A stretch of DNA of 60,490 bases, the filler included, from Sphacelaria rigidula (lineage: Eukaryota): NCBI GenBank assembly GCA_964200075.2. It is 8 parts of 8 records of this genome, joined end to end, with 100 filler letters (N's around TTAATTAATTAA, not from the genome) between each part and the next. Parts side by side here need not be neighbours in the genome. Positions count along the whole stretch, not along the records: positions 30,297 to 37,770 come from CAXNAA020014763.1; positions 37,871 to 45,344 come from CAXNAA020014764.1; positions 45,445 to 52,917 come from CAXNAA020014765.1; 5 more parts are not named here. One strand, 5' to 3'. Of the stretch, positions 36,433 to 48,161 are shown one piece after another (the first letter of the stretch is position 1; each line of letters opens with the position of its first letter). The notes under the pieces are model-generated. The model was not told where the DNA came from. It saw only the letters and a list, made by a program, of their open reading frames with translations, and did no database searches. The translations under genes were made by a program, and so were the position numbers.

Positions 36433-36943
36433 CTGTCGGAATCACGAGGGACACACGAGGGCAACTCGCATTCTGGTACATTTCCCACTAGTGCTCATGT
36501 ATACGCGGTCTGCGCGGGACATGGCAGCTGCGAATGAGGAGGCGCGCCGTTAGCAAACCTGTTGTCTTTCATGCTTCGGGCGGAGAAGCCGGGAATACCA
36601 CGCTGTCCAATCTCGGGATCCGTTGTCATCACTTCACCTCTCTCGGCTTCAAGACGTGGGATTGCCAGACAAAAATTGCACAGTAATTCATTCGTGCGCA
36701 GGCATACTTCTTTCCCTAGTGCACCACTAGTAGGGGCGATGACATACAACTGAATCTATCGTTGATTGTGATTCTACAACCTTCCACGTCATCATCACTC
36801 GTCAAAGCAAACACTCGTCCACTTTTTACGGCCGATAGCACCTGAGAAATGTCCCCGCGAGAGGCCGTCACCCTCCCCGCCGATATTTGGTACGGGGTCT
36901 GCACGTTCGTCATGGTCGATGAGTGTGCGACGAGAGGGACTAT

Positions 36944-37254
36944 TTTTTTTAGTATGATTTGTCGTACTTTGAATCCCTCCCCTTCTTCGGGATGAGTCCG
37001 TGGTCTCAAGGGATCAACCCATCTCTCCCCCGGTACACACGCCTTGCACTCTGGTCTCGCGGACTGGGCCAGCACTTCCGCACCACGTCAACTCACGTCA
37101 AACAAAGTCAATCAACTACTCTCTTTACTCGCGTTCTCACGCTCTCCACGGTGGGAATCATACTTGACAAAAAAAAAAAACGCATTGGGAATCGAACCCT
37201 CGTTCTCTCCACCCTATTGGCGACAGTCGGACCATCACACCACCGGGGCGCGGC
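36944..37254 (-). mobile_element. tRNA-headed SINE, family 2
   Basis: Reverse complement GCCCCGGTGGTGTGATGG (A box) and GGGTTCGATTCCC (B box); body shared with two other copies; A-rich tail. Confidence 0.72.
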
Positions 37255-37700
37255 GGATGTCTACAGAAAAACCACGTGCGTGTTGGAGCAGGTACATGTG
37301 AAGACCACAGCGTTCTACTTATTGCCTACATATTGTCAACATCCACAGTTGAATATATATAGACTATATATTCAAAGTCAACGTGAATGCAACAGCACAT
37401 GCGTATTGTTGATCATGGGAATAGATTGCCCTCCGCCCAGTAGTGATCCTCGCTGTTTTTTGTCGTGTCGTTGAGTACAAAGCGGATCCTTGGTGGGATG
37501 ACCCCTTCCTGACTGCGAAGATTATGGGAGTCTTCGCTGTGGACCATGCGTGCGCGCCAACAAAGAGATCTGGTCACACTAAGGCCCAGTTTATACAAAG
37601 TATACTCAATTACTCAATGTACTCTCTTCCTCCTTTACTATTTATCCCTGTTTTGCTTGTATCGCGTTTTGTGAGTTTTAATCTGTTTTTGTTTTTTTGC

Positions 37701-37770
37701 TAGCCTGTGACCACGGAAGGCGTCCGCATCAGATGCCCAGTACGAATGTACCGCGCAGATATTGAAACGT
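37701..37770 (+). mobile_element. 3' end of the (CAA)n-tailed retroposon family, cut by the contig end
   Basis: Homologous to 31162-31230. Confidence 0.65.
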
Positions 37771-37870
37771 NNNNNNNNNNNNNNNNNNNNNNNNNNNNNN
37801 NNNNNNNNNNNNNNTTAATTAATTAANNNNNNNNNNNNNNNNNNNNNNNNNNNNNNNNNNNNNNNNNNNN
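37771..37870. other. Artificial contig linker
   Basis: N44-TTAATTAATTAA-N44. Confidence 0.98.
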
Positions 37871-38327
37871 CAAAAAAATAAAAAAAAAAAAAAAAAAAAA
37901 CAAAGCCCCCCCCCCCCCCCCCCCCCCCCCCCCCCATTTTTGGTTTATTATTATTATGGTATTATAGAAAATCTCACATACTGTTCACAAATCACTACGA
38001 AAGCGGTATTTATGGCCTCTACAAGCCGCCCATTACCTGCACTGGTATTCCGACACACGCAAACAGCTGATTCGGCGACTCCTTTTCCGAACCCCCCCTA
38101 TGATGCCCCATTTCAAGGGTTGGCGTCAGCTGGCAAGGACGCTGTAGAACACACCCCTCACGGCCTAAGCTAGGCAACTAAAATAAGTTGTCGTTTTTTG
38201 CTTCTTTTTTTTTTTCTCGGTTTCCATGACGATTGAGATCGCTCACCTTGTGTGTGTAGTGGAGAACCCCAACTCCGCACACGTGGATGATCGTACTACG
38301 TGGAGTTCAAAAAATGTTGAGACAACC

Positions 38328-38606
38328 ATGTGGGAGTGTATTCCGTGGCCGTCTCTGGAAGTGGCGAGACTAGAAATTCAAGCAACTCATTCGAGGCTGT
38401 CATGATAATCAATACACTCCGGGCCGAACATGGGCAGGATGTAGCTCGCCCTACATGTGACTCATCGTACACACCACGGCGCTTCGCGCCTGGTGATTGA
38501 TCGCGAGCCTGGTCCGGCGAAAAGCCCGGCGTGCTCCGTCGCAGCTTCGTAGGGATGCGAAGTCAACTATCTCATGACTACGGTATGCAGAATCACGAGT
38601 GCCCCC
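38328..38606 (+). mobile_element. Longest copy of C-tailed repeat type A (about 280 bp)
   Basis: Joins the 5' part seen at 14867 and the 3' part seen at 22723 and 43687. Confidence 0.7.
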
Positions 38607-39246
38607 TGCTTCCATAGGGTTCGGGGCAGTTGCCAGGAAACTCCAAAACTCAGCCGCCTCCCTGGCGTATCTCGAAACCCAAATTAGTTCGATATTTCTG
38701 ACTCGCGGTCAACTCGTGCACAAGTTTGACCAACACCGTGAATTCTTGCTCCATCTACAGGAACATATTCTGAGAATACATGCCAACTTAATTTCCAGGA
38801 GGATGATCATTATAGATGTTATATTATAACGCGTCCCGAAGGACTTGAACCCCCCGACTCTACATACAAAGCCTCCGGAGAATGATATCATTTCCAGAGC
38901 AAACCATGAACAATACGCACGCGCACACATCGACACTAGATGACTGAGGCCGATGTTCTACCGTCGGCGAAACGAATCATCACACGCACAGTAGAGTATT
39001 CCACTAGAATACAACCCATACTGAAGAATGATACACTAGACTGTGATAGACACTGAAGCACAACACATACTCGACAATAACCCAAGCATGACTGACTGCC
39101 ACAATGGCTTATAATACACACTGGAGCACAACACATACTAAAAAGTGACGAGTGAAAAATGACATGTCCAGCCTGTTAAACACAATGAAGTAAAACACAT
39201 ATTGAAGAACAAAACACTGGATTATGACACACACGCACTCACTCAC

Positions 39247-39446
39247 CCCGAGCCCTTGTCCAGCTTCATCGGTCCAGCCACCGTTTGTGTGACCTCAAAA
39301 AACGGGTCCTGCTCCGCTCGCGTCAAAATTTCCCTCTTCGCTTCCTCATCAAACGGAGGTCCCGACCCCGCCGCCCCCCCACCTCCCGCCTTAGCATACC
39401 CGGAAGACGCTCCACCTGCGGATCCATGGGACCCGTCTAGCTTCAT
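39247..39446 (-). CDS. Orphan exon of an unidentified protein (MKLDGSHG...PFDEEAKREILTRAEQDPFFEVTQTVAGPMKLDKGSG)
   Basis: CAG acceptor, GTGAGT donor, open GC-rich frame; no family recognised. Confidence 0.5.
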
Positions 39447-39490
39447 CTGTCACGGCATATCGAACGTACCCAGGGTGAGACGAAGAGATT

Positions 39491-39785
39491 AGTTCACCAC
39501 TTGGTAGGTATGGAACTTTCTCGGAAATTTGCGATTTCGAATAACTCCAATTCTAACCTTCACCCCAACGAAGGGATACCGAGAACCCTCGGGCGAGGGG
39601 GATGCAAGGTGTTCCCTAGACAGAGTGCACGTTGCCAGACCTCAAATCGGCGCCGGCAGCGTCGATCAAGACGAAAGCTCTTTCTGCGCACGCCAGGAGC
39701 ACAGCCCCCACTAAAGATCCGGATTTCGGTGTCCACAGACTAACACCAAAGTCACAAATTTCCATACCTATCAAATGGTCAACTC
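39491..39785. mobile_element. MITE of about 295 bp
   Basis: Left end AGTTCACCACTTGGTAGGTATGGAACTTT; reverse complement of right end AGTTGACCATTTGATAGGTATGGAAATTT. Confidence 0.65.
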
Positions 39786-39789
39786 TAGT

Positions 39790-40050
39790 GCGGACGAATC
39801 ACCGCCGGTTCGAATCACCAAATCTACGATTTTTTCTAGAGGCCTGCCTGCTCGAAAGAGGGAGAAAAAAATGTGACGGCTGGTCAAAACCGTGTCCACG
39901 CAACTTTTGTTCCCGCCATTTCACGTGCCTGGACTGCGCGTACCTGGGTTGCAACGCTGGAAACAAAGCCCAAGCATTGATGCCGTACGGTACGAATCAA
40001 TTACACTGAAATCAAGTAATTTCCAGACGAATCATCAATTCTCCGACGCT
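39790..40050 (+). repeat. Dispersed repeat; paralogue at 43931-44400
   Basis: Shared CGCCATT..ACGTGCCTGG..GCGTACCTG.GTTGCAACGCTG.AAACAAAGCC..CGTACGGTACGAATCAAT. Confidence 0.75.
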
Positions 40051-40197
40051 TGAAACGTACGGTACGATAATTAGACAACGGCGCTGGACGGGGGGAGGGG
40101 AGTGTGGGGTGGTGGGGGATCTGGACGTTTCAACTCTTGCGAGCGCTCCCAGGTAGACAGACAGATATGACCATGTCCTGCAGTCATATATCGAGTA

Positions 40198-40753
40198 CAG
40201 TAGTAGTGGGCGGTCCAACAACTCATTTAGTGGAATTTTGTGATTTTTTCGTGAGTGGCGATTTTTTTGGGCTCTTTTCGCTCGCCACCGTTCATCACAT
40301 CGGGGATGTGAATGCATTTCTATCCGCTCTACATTCCAAGAAAAAAAATCATCGGTACTCAATATTGAGCGACTTGGCTGACCGGTCATCGGGGGTCTTG
40401 CCACGTTTCAGCCCAGATTCATTCTCTTCGGTATTCCCCGTCGATCGAGCCTGTTCCGATCATATTTGTGAAGAAATGTACAGTTTTATTTTTTTCATTT
40501 TCTACCCAATCATTGATGTACTAGAGCCAAAAAACTGTGTTTCACGGTCAACAACACAATCCTGATAAACGGGGTACTTACTTACTCGTGTAGCCCGATA
40601 ACACCAACTACCTCTGACTTGAGCACTGTGTTTCGAGGATGATCCGTTTTTTGTAGCAAAATCAACTGACGCTAACAATTTCGACTTCTATCGAAGAGTA
40701 GCACGCGAGGAAAACCCCAATACACCCCTGACTAGTTAGACCGCCCATTACTG
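40198..40753. mobile_element. Tc1/mariner-like non-autonomous element (556 bp)
   Basis: TA|CAGTAGTAGTGGGCGGTCCAAC ... GTTAGACCGCCCATTACTG|TA. Confidence 0.7.
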
Positions 40754-41399
40754 TACAACATGTTATACCCTCTCTGAAAAATAAGAAGCACCTGAGCGGC
40801 GTCGTGCGGTATAGGTTTGACCCTTTCGAGGGCGTGTACATTGCGGTATCTGTCCGCCGTTCCAAATGTGAATGAAATGGCCGAGACATCCAAGGCAAGG
40901 CGCGCTACATGCGATGGGGGGGGTGGGTAGGGGAGAGAATGGAGTGCCTCCATCAATCCCTTCCCAACACAAGCCTACTATCGATGATGACCCTGGTTCC
41001 TTCAAAGACTCCCTCACCTACCCCTTGAACCCGTTGACCGTCGGAGGTGATCCACTTGTGGAACCGGCATCATTTTTTTTCTCACTTTTTGACCAAGTGA
41101 ACGTGATGCCGATTCTACAAGTGAACCATCTCCAGCAGCCAACCGGTTAACCGCACACCGTCAACTGTTCCATTCAAGTCTATGTACGGCAATGAGCCAC
41201 TTCGCGCATCGGTCTCTGTATACGGCTGTCTACTACAGCTAGGGTCCCAAACCCATCGCGGTTTGGGATCTTGAAAACAAGGGGTGCTTAACCTGTGACA
41301 GAGAGTGAGGATTTGGGGGAGGATAGTTATGATGGAAGACCTGTTGTCTACGCAAACGGGGAAAGTTACCACGGTTCGGACGACTAAAATCGTGATTCG

Positions 41400-43500
41400 A
41401 CCAATGTTGAACATTGGGACCAATCAATCTCACGACTCATACAGCACTTGTGACTTGTACAGGTTTTGCGTTTGTGATTCGTGCGGTACGCCGTCGGAGG
41501 TACACGTTTCCTACCTTCCATTCGTGAGGTGTGAGAACTACACGTACATGATTCCCAATTTCCATTCATTCAGCATGAATCATAGCCACACACTCCCCAC
41601 CTTCCACTCGTACGAGGTGAATCAAGCGTATATGATTACCAATTTCCGTCCATGCAGCATGAATCGTACGTACACGTTCCCCACCTTAGATTCATACAAG
41701 GTAAATCAATCGCACGTGCCCGTTTCACCTTACATTCATCCAAGATGGATGAGGTGTACATGCTTCTCACTTTTCATCTATGCAGCGTGGATCGTACGTA
41801 CATGTTGCCCACCTCCTGTTCATGTGATATAAATCGTGTGAAAATGTTGATTACCACCCGTCATTTCTTTGGGTGCGACTATTCGGTGGCGCGGCCCTTT
41901 TGCAGGTGGCCGTAGGCAAGCAAGAGCGGCGCACAGGTGGCGAACCTCTCGAAAGCCAAATCCCAATAAACCCAAATTGATATAATGGGCTCGCGTAACA
42001 GATCAACTGCAGTATTTTTTTCTCCAACTATGCTGTTGACAGCCTTTGTGGTTTCATCTTGTGTTATGTGGTACAGTTGACCTGAACATACTGTATACAA
42101 TACCACGAACACTTGCGAACAACACAGTGCCAGCACTTGCGAAACTTGTGCCCATGGTTGTCGGGAAAACTCCAGCGGCGTGCTCTGCAGTCCGTGGACA
42201 GAACGGTACAGCATGGCACAGCACGTATCTGCGCGCCTGGAGTGATTTTCCAAGCAGTTTATTTTCCGTTGGTTCATTCAGCATACTTCACATTAATCAG
42301 GTACATGTTTTCTACCTTGCGTTCGTGAGCATGAATCATAGATACATGTTTCCCACCCTCCATTCATACGAGGTGAATCAAGCGTACATGTATCTCCCTT
42401 TCACCCATGGAGCATGAACCATGGGCACAAGTTTCGCACCTTTTACCCGATTTTGGTCGTCCCTCCATAACTTTTGAATGAGATCGAGTTAAAAAAAAAA
42501 AAACCAGCTTCGGAACGCCCGCAGTAAGGCGCCAAAGAGTAGCGAGTCGCCAAAAACAGAAGGAAAAAAAGGGGGAAAAAAAATAAGATGCTCGCGGCGG
42601 GTCTCGAACCCACGAAATTGGTCCTAGAGCAACTTTCCCCTCATATATTTTCGTACTCCGGATATTTGTTTTTGCTTCTTGATTAATTTCGACCTGAAGC
42701 CAGGCATAACCGGGTTCAGAACCAGGTGATCAGGAACCAGTTTTCTGCGAGGATTCCATTTTTTTTTTTCCTTCACAGAGGTGGTGGGGGCCCGGCAAAT
42801 CGATATTTACTAGGTCCCCCGCGTTCTTGACGAAACGGTATATTCGACATAACTCGTCACCAACATGTCTGTGAAACCTAAAAGTAGGTTCATTCGAAAG
42901 CCCTGATCCGTAGCTTTTGAATAGTATGCATTTTGTTGAGTAAATACCCTGGCTCCGTAGAGAAATTAGAAATGTATCAAGTGGCCTGTGGGCGGGTCCG
43001 GGAAAATTACCACTGACGAGGTGAATCCCACGTAAATGCTTCCCGATTTCCATTCATGCAGCATGAATCATACGCACATGTTCTCCCTCGTACATCCATA
43101 CGACGTGAATCAGGCGTACACGTTCCTCAATCTGCGTTCATTTGAGATGAATCGTACGTACATGTTTCCCACCTTCCATTCATTTGAGATGAATCGAGTG
43201 TACTTGTTCCCCACCCATGATTTATACAGGAATTGTGACTCGTACATATTTTTCCCTCATAATTCGTCTGATACTGCCTGAGAATGTACACATTCCCAGT
43301 TCGTGATTGGTACAGTATGATCTCGAACATTCAACTTCACCATCCGTTAGCCATGCCGCATGACTCTCTGGGACATGGTTCACACCCAATATCCATGGGG
43401 AGTCAACGCGTACGAACTCTGATTCGTCCAAACCGTGAAAGCTATCATCTCGCTTGCTCTCCACCCATTCGTGACTCGACTCATCAAGATCGACCGTGCC
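41400..43500 (+). repeat. 42-bp-unit array, interrupted
   Basis: The period shows as 14-aa repeats in spurious ORFs (TYMIPNFHSFSMNH/SHTLPTFHSYEVNQ/AYMITNFRPCSMNR); blocks near 41500-41850, 42280-42425 and 43030-43330. Confidence 0.7.
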
Positions 43501-43564
43501 ACGATGGTTCGACGACACGCGGAACGAAGCCTTCCCCCCTCTCCTCCCTCCTTCCCTGGCGCCC

Positions 43565-43808
43565 AAGCGTTGTGGGTGTCTCTCCAAGAGTAGAAATGGT
43601 TCTCCGTCTCGAGAGGGATGCTTGGCAAATGGTAAAATGACGAAGATAAGCAACGAATAAGTACGCCCCCTCCCCCCTCGACTCCAAGCCTGGTCCGGCG
43701 GAAACCCGGCGTGCTCCATCCCAGCTTTGTATGGATGCGAGGTCGACGGTCATATGACTTCGGCATGCAAAAGCATGGGTACACCCCCCTTCCCCCCCTC
43801 CTCGACCC
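43565..43808 (+). mobile_element. C-tailed repeat type B, followed by a 5'-truncated type A inserted in its C-tract
   Basis: B ends AAGTACG plus CCCCCTCCCCCCTCGAC; A (43687-43783) ends GGGTACA plus CCCCCCTTCCCCCCCTCCTCGAC. Confidence 0.7.
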
Positions 43809-43959
43809 CGACACCTCGACAACAACAACAGAACATCCACCCTACTGCTCCCAAAAACAACTGCGCTAGAGAGAGCGAGAGCGGTAGAGTGGAACCACGG
43901 AGCCAAGAATAGATGACAATGTTCCACGGTTCGGACGAATCCTCCCCGAAACAAATGAC

Positions 43960-44164
43960 CGAACGCAGGTCGAGTATGGTATACTCAATTGCGGGGGATT
44001 TTGAAAGTCGCACTTGAAGTACACAAATTGGGGGTAGAGTTTTAGGGATCGTTTTCCACTTATTGCTTGGGTACGACCCCCAACACTTTACCCTAATTTG
44101 AGTACCTCGAGAAAGTCTTTCAGAATACCCCGCAATTGAGTATACTCTACTCGGCCTGCCCATG
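43960..44164. mobile_element. 205-bp P-like MITE, related to 13276-14337
   Basis: TIR of about 30 bp, GCAGG(T/C)CGAGTA..GTATACTCAATTGCGGG; right end ...GCCCATG; 8-bp TSD CAAATGAC/CAAATCAC. Confidence 0.82.
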
Positions 44165-44751
44165 CAAATCACCAAATTCACGATTTTTCCGGGCATGATT
44201 GCTCAACAAAGAGAAAAAAGTTTACCGGTGGTGAAAAACAAGGTCTCGACGCAATTTTTGTTTTCGCCATTCTACGTGCCTGGGCTACGCGTACCTGAGT
44301 TGCAACGCTGAAAACAAAGCCTAGGAATTGATTCGTACGGTACGAATCAATCGCATTAAAATTACGAAAGTTCCGGACAAATCATTAATTCGTCCGACCC
44401 GTGCAAGCTTCCCATTCATGGATAGCAGAAACAAGAAAAAACGAAACTCTTTCTTACCTCAATCTACGGGCTTATTATCTTATTTATCTGAACGGCGTCT
44501 GTATACTCTGCTCTGATCCAGTAACGCTCTTTCTTACCGTGGCCATGTGATGCGTATAGGGCGGAGCAGGTCGCTTGTGCAGCACATCGGAGTAGCCGCG
44601 GTTGATCCTATCGGTTACATCATGCAGAGCTTGCCACGCCTTTTGTGCAGTTAAGCCCCCCGTAGTCGTCGCCGTTCTGTTGGAACCCCGCCCGCCCAGC
44701 GAGAAACATGCGGTAAAACGCATGGAAACACAGGAAGCGGCGATAATTACC

Positions 44752-44955
44752 ATGATTATTTGCCGAACTCTGAACCTTTGCCTTTCCTCGGGACGAGTCC
44801 GTGGTCTCCACAAATCAACCCATCCCTCCCCGATACACGCCTTGTATTTTGGTCTCGCGGATTGGGTCATGACCAACACTCCCGCGATACATCAACTCTA
44901 GTCCACTGCTTTTTTGTCTGCTTACGTACTCACGTTTTCGGAGGTGGGAATCAGC
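44752..44955 (-). mobile_element. SINE family 2, 3' fragment
   Basis: Colinear with 36950-37160. Confidence 0.65.
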
Positions 44956-45034
44956 TACTATACTATGTTGATATCGAGGATGCAGGGAATTGACAGCTGA
45001 CGAATGATGTTACGATAGGGGGGAGAAAGGGATG

Positions 45035-45165
45035 GGGGGGGGGGGTGTACTCATTTATTGCTTGCCTTCGTCGTGTGGCAATTGACCACGCATCCCGTTC
45101 GAGACGGAGCACTGTTCCTGTTCCTACTCGAGAAACCTTCAACATTCGTGCGCTCATTACGTTTT
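45035..45165 (-). mobile_element. C-tailed repeat type B
   Basis: G-run followed by TGTACTCATTTATTGCTTGCCTTCGTCGTG...GAGACGGAGCAC. Confidence 0.65.
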
Positions 45166-45269
45166 TTCCAAACATCACACGAAACCTACGTATATCATAA
45201 CCTCCTTAGTGTTTCGCCGTCTGTGGCCATCTCCTAGTTTAGCGATAGTTTTCTTGCTACCATAGGAGG

Positions 45270-45344
45270 CGAGGGGGGGTGTACTCATGATCATGCATGC
45301 CGTAGTCATAAGACCATTGACCTCTCATCCCTGCAAAGCTGGGA
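45270..45344 (-). mobile_element. C-tailed repeat type A, 3' end
   Basis: G-run followed by TGTACTCATGATCATGCATGCCGTAGTCATAAGACC. Confidence 0.65.
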
Positions 45345-45444
45345 NNNNNNNNNNNNNNNNNNNNNNNNNNNNNNNNNNNNNNNNNNNNTTAATTAATTAA
45401 NNNNNNNNNNNNNNNNNNNNNNNNNNNNNNNNNNNNNNNNNNNN
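45345..45444. other. Artificial contig linker
   Basis: N44-TTAATTAATTAA-N44. Confidence 0.98.
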
Positions 45445-47834
45445 TGGCTCTGCACTCGGTAATGTCGAGCTCAATGGATTCGATATTCATGATTGTGTTT
45501 GAGCCCGCTAGCCCAGGTGCCCACTGAACTGGCACCATTCCCAGCTAGGCGGTGAGTATCGAACCATGACATGGTGTCCAACCCGTGCTTGTGTAGAGCC
45601 AACACTGGCATGCTCCGAACACAAACTTTCGGAGAGGAGGTTTTGCTGGCGTGTGGGTCGGATCAGGTAAAATGTTACTTCTTTTATATAGAGTAAATAG
45701 TGTGCCTGTTCACAAATTGTAGTTTCCATAGCGTACCCTACCTGCAACATCATGTAGCATGTAGTAGTTAGTGCTTTTGAAGTTCACGACTCGGTGTCAC
45801 TGGGATGTTTGAAGAGCATGTATAGTGAGCGTACCATGATGGTATGCTGCTTCGGCTCTTCGCACTCTTTTGTTCTGTCTACCTACCATATGCACGTTAA
45901 GCATGAATAGTTGAGCGCGGGCTATGTAGTTTGTTTCGCCCCGTGGGTGCCCTGTGCTCCGTACCCCCGGCGTTGCTCCGTTTCCTTGCCCGCGTTGCAC
46001 TATCTTGGAATCATACCCAAGCAGAGCGCCACCAACGGCTTTATGCACGAGCTCATCCGAGATGGTTTATCAGCACGCGCTACAATTTCCCATCTTGAAC
46101 GAGCCCGGAAGACACTGCGGACGTCCAGAGTAAAAGCGAAATGATCTAGCCGACATAATTTAATGAAAGGCAATACGGTCGAACGAGAATTGGACGAGTT
46201 CAACGAACCAGAGGGCCTACAATTACTCCGTGGTGATTCGGGACATCAGGCTCCAGACAGCTGCGGAAGCTGTGCAGTCGCGTTGTTGTTGTCTGTTGTT
46301 GTGGTTTCCGCTGTGTTGTGCTGTTGTTCGTCGCTGCCGTGCCGCCGCTGCGTGTTGCTTCTGCTCGCCGCACGGATGTGCTGTTTTTCGTCGCTGCCAC
46401 GCCGCTGCTGTGTGTTGTTGTTGTTGCTGTTTGTTGTCTGTTCTCGTTGTTCTCTATTCTCACTGTTGCCCTGGTTTGCTGTTGTTGTCCCGCTTGTTGC
46501 GTTGTTTTTGCCTCTACCGCCTACTGTCGACTGTACTTTCACGCTTGCTATCGCATCGCATGTTGTCATGTGCACGCGTATTTTCCGCCCTCATGTTTTT
46601 TTTTAACTTTGCTTCGATCTGATCGCACAGTTTTTGTTTTGTCATCGTCGCCTGCATTGTATCATCTTCGCCTGACCTACACCTGTTCACCCATAGTATC
46701 ACCGCTGTACCTAACCAGCAATTATCGTGTTCCAGGCATTCTCCATATTATTTCGGTATTTTTGTTGCATATTGAATTGGGACAATCAACCCACCATGAT
46801 CAGTATGTATTTTGCATTTTTATTGTGGCCATGGGATTTTGTGAAATACACGTGCGGTAAAGCTTCCATTTTTTTCGGTTTTGATTGATTTTCTTTCATC
46901 AAACATTCCAATATTTACTGCATCTCCGGGTGTCATGTGTACCATAACTTTCTTTTGAACCACCCGATTGTATTGCATGTTTTACAATTTTGCGCCGCCG
47001 TCGTCTTGCTCTGTAGAGCTGCACGATTTTTCATCTCATGTTTTGGTAATTTTGTTTTGTGTTTGGCGATCGTGATGTTTTTGTTTTGACCGTGCGGGGT
47101 GTAGGCTATCTGCAGGGCCTTGTCTGTTGCGCTGCCTGTACTCATCATGCTTGAGCAGGATTCCCCTTGTAATCGTTTCATCTATCTGGTTCGCAAGGCC
47201 GAAACGCCGACTTTACCGCCCGGCACACGACATTTCGATCTGCGTCACGTGGTATAAAAACGAGCCATATTTTCACGGACTACAAGACTTTCAACGCATA
47301 CGAACCGTGTCCTCTATTACTTTCCTTGTTTCACATACACTCTTGCCTTGGGTGTGTCACATCCCGATGAGGGAACCGGCGCTGAACGTGATTGCTATGG
47401 GGAGGACACGCAGGAAACACTGAACCGTTTGCTCATGACGGAAACACTGAACGGTTTCCTCATGACGGTATGTTCCGACGTGGAGTGTCACCAATCTGAT
47501 TTGGTATAGCCAATCCCGTGTACCTTTTTATAGGATGCTGGTGGCAGGGTTATTGCCTTGGTGTCACTTGACATGATCTCCTTTTTTATCCCACTCTTTA
47601 ATGGTTTGCTATTCAACAGGTTGACTTCTTGACGCAGCCTGTTCTGTAGTTGACTACTACCTTGTCCCTTCTTGATACCGTAGTTGGATACTACTTTGTT
47701 CAGTTGCATTAAACTTGGCGTTCGATACCATGCAACCACAAATATTTCCGTGCAATATCTTGTCATTACTTATGCAGAACGCAGACTTGGATAGTTTCCC
47801 TGCTTCACCTTTTTGCCCTTCATGCCAAGCGTAC

Positions 47835-48113
47835 TATAGAGCCCTCCTGGACTCAGAACAAGGTCACACGATTTCTCCAAGGGCTTCCTCCCTCACTAGG
47901 GCCTGGAGACTTCAAGACAGTTGTTATTCATAAACACACAGCCTTCGTTATCGGAAGTAACCACATGCGTGAAGCATGTGATGTCCAAATCCACATAGTC
48001 TGCCGATCAGACCCGCAAGTCCATCAACAATAGAAAACGCCTGCAGCAGATTGTTCCACTTGTAGATCATCATGAACCTGCACGTACGTGTACTGGAGGT
48101 GGACTACTCTACA
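47835..48113 (-). mobile_element. Diverged solo-type LTR, TGTAGAGTAGTCCACC family
   Basis: Homologous to 49571-49822; no PPT or TSD visible. Confidence 0.7.
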
Positions 48114-48161
48114 GGCAGCAACAGCACATCGCGAGGGGAAGAGTAAACGGGGCCCACCTAC

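Noticed and set aside
46163..46860. Overlapping ORFs rich in C/V/L or Q/N/T
   Set aside because: They arise from degenerate GTT/GCT trinucleotide low-complexity sequence and have no domain signature.
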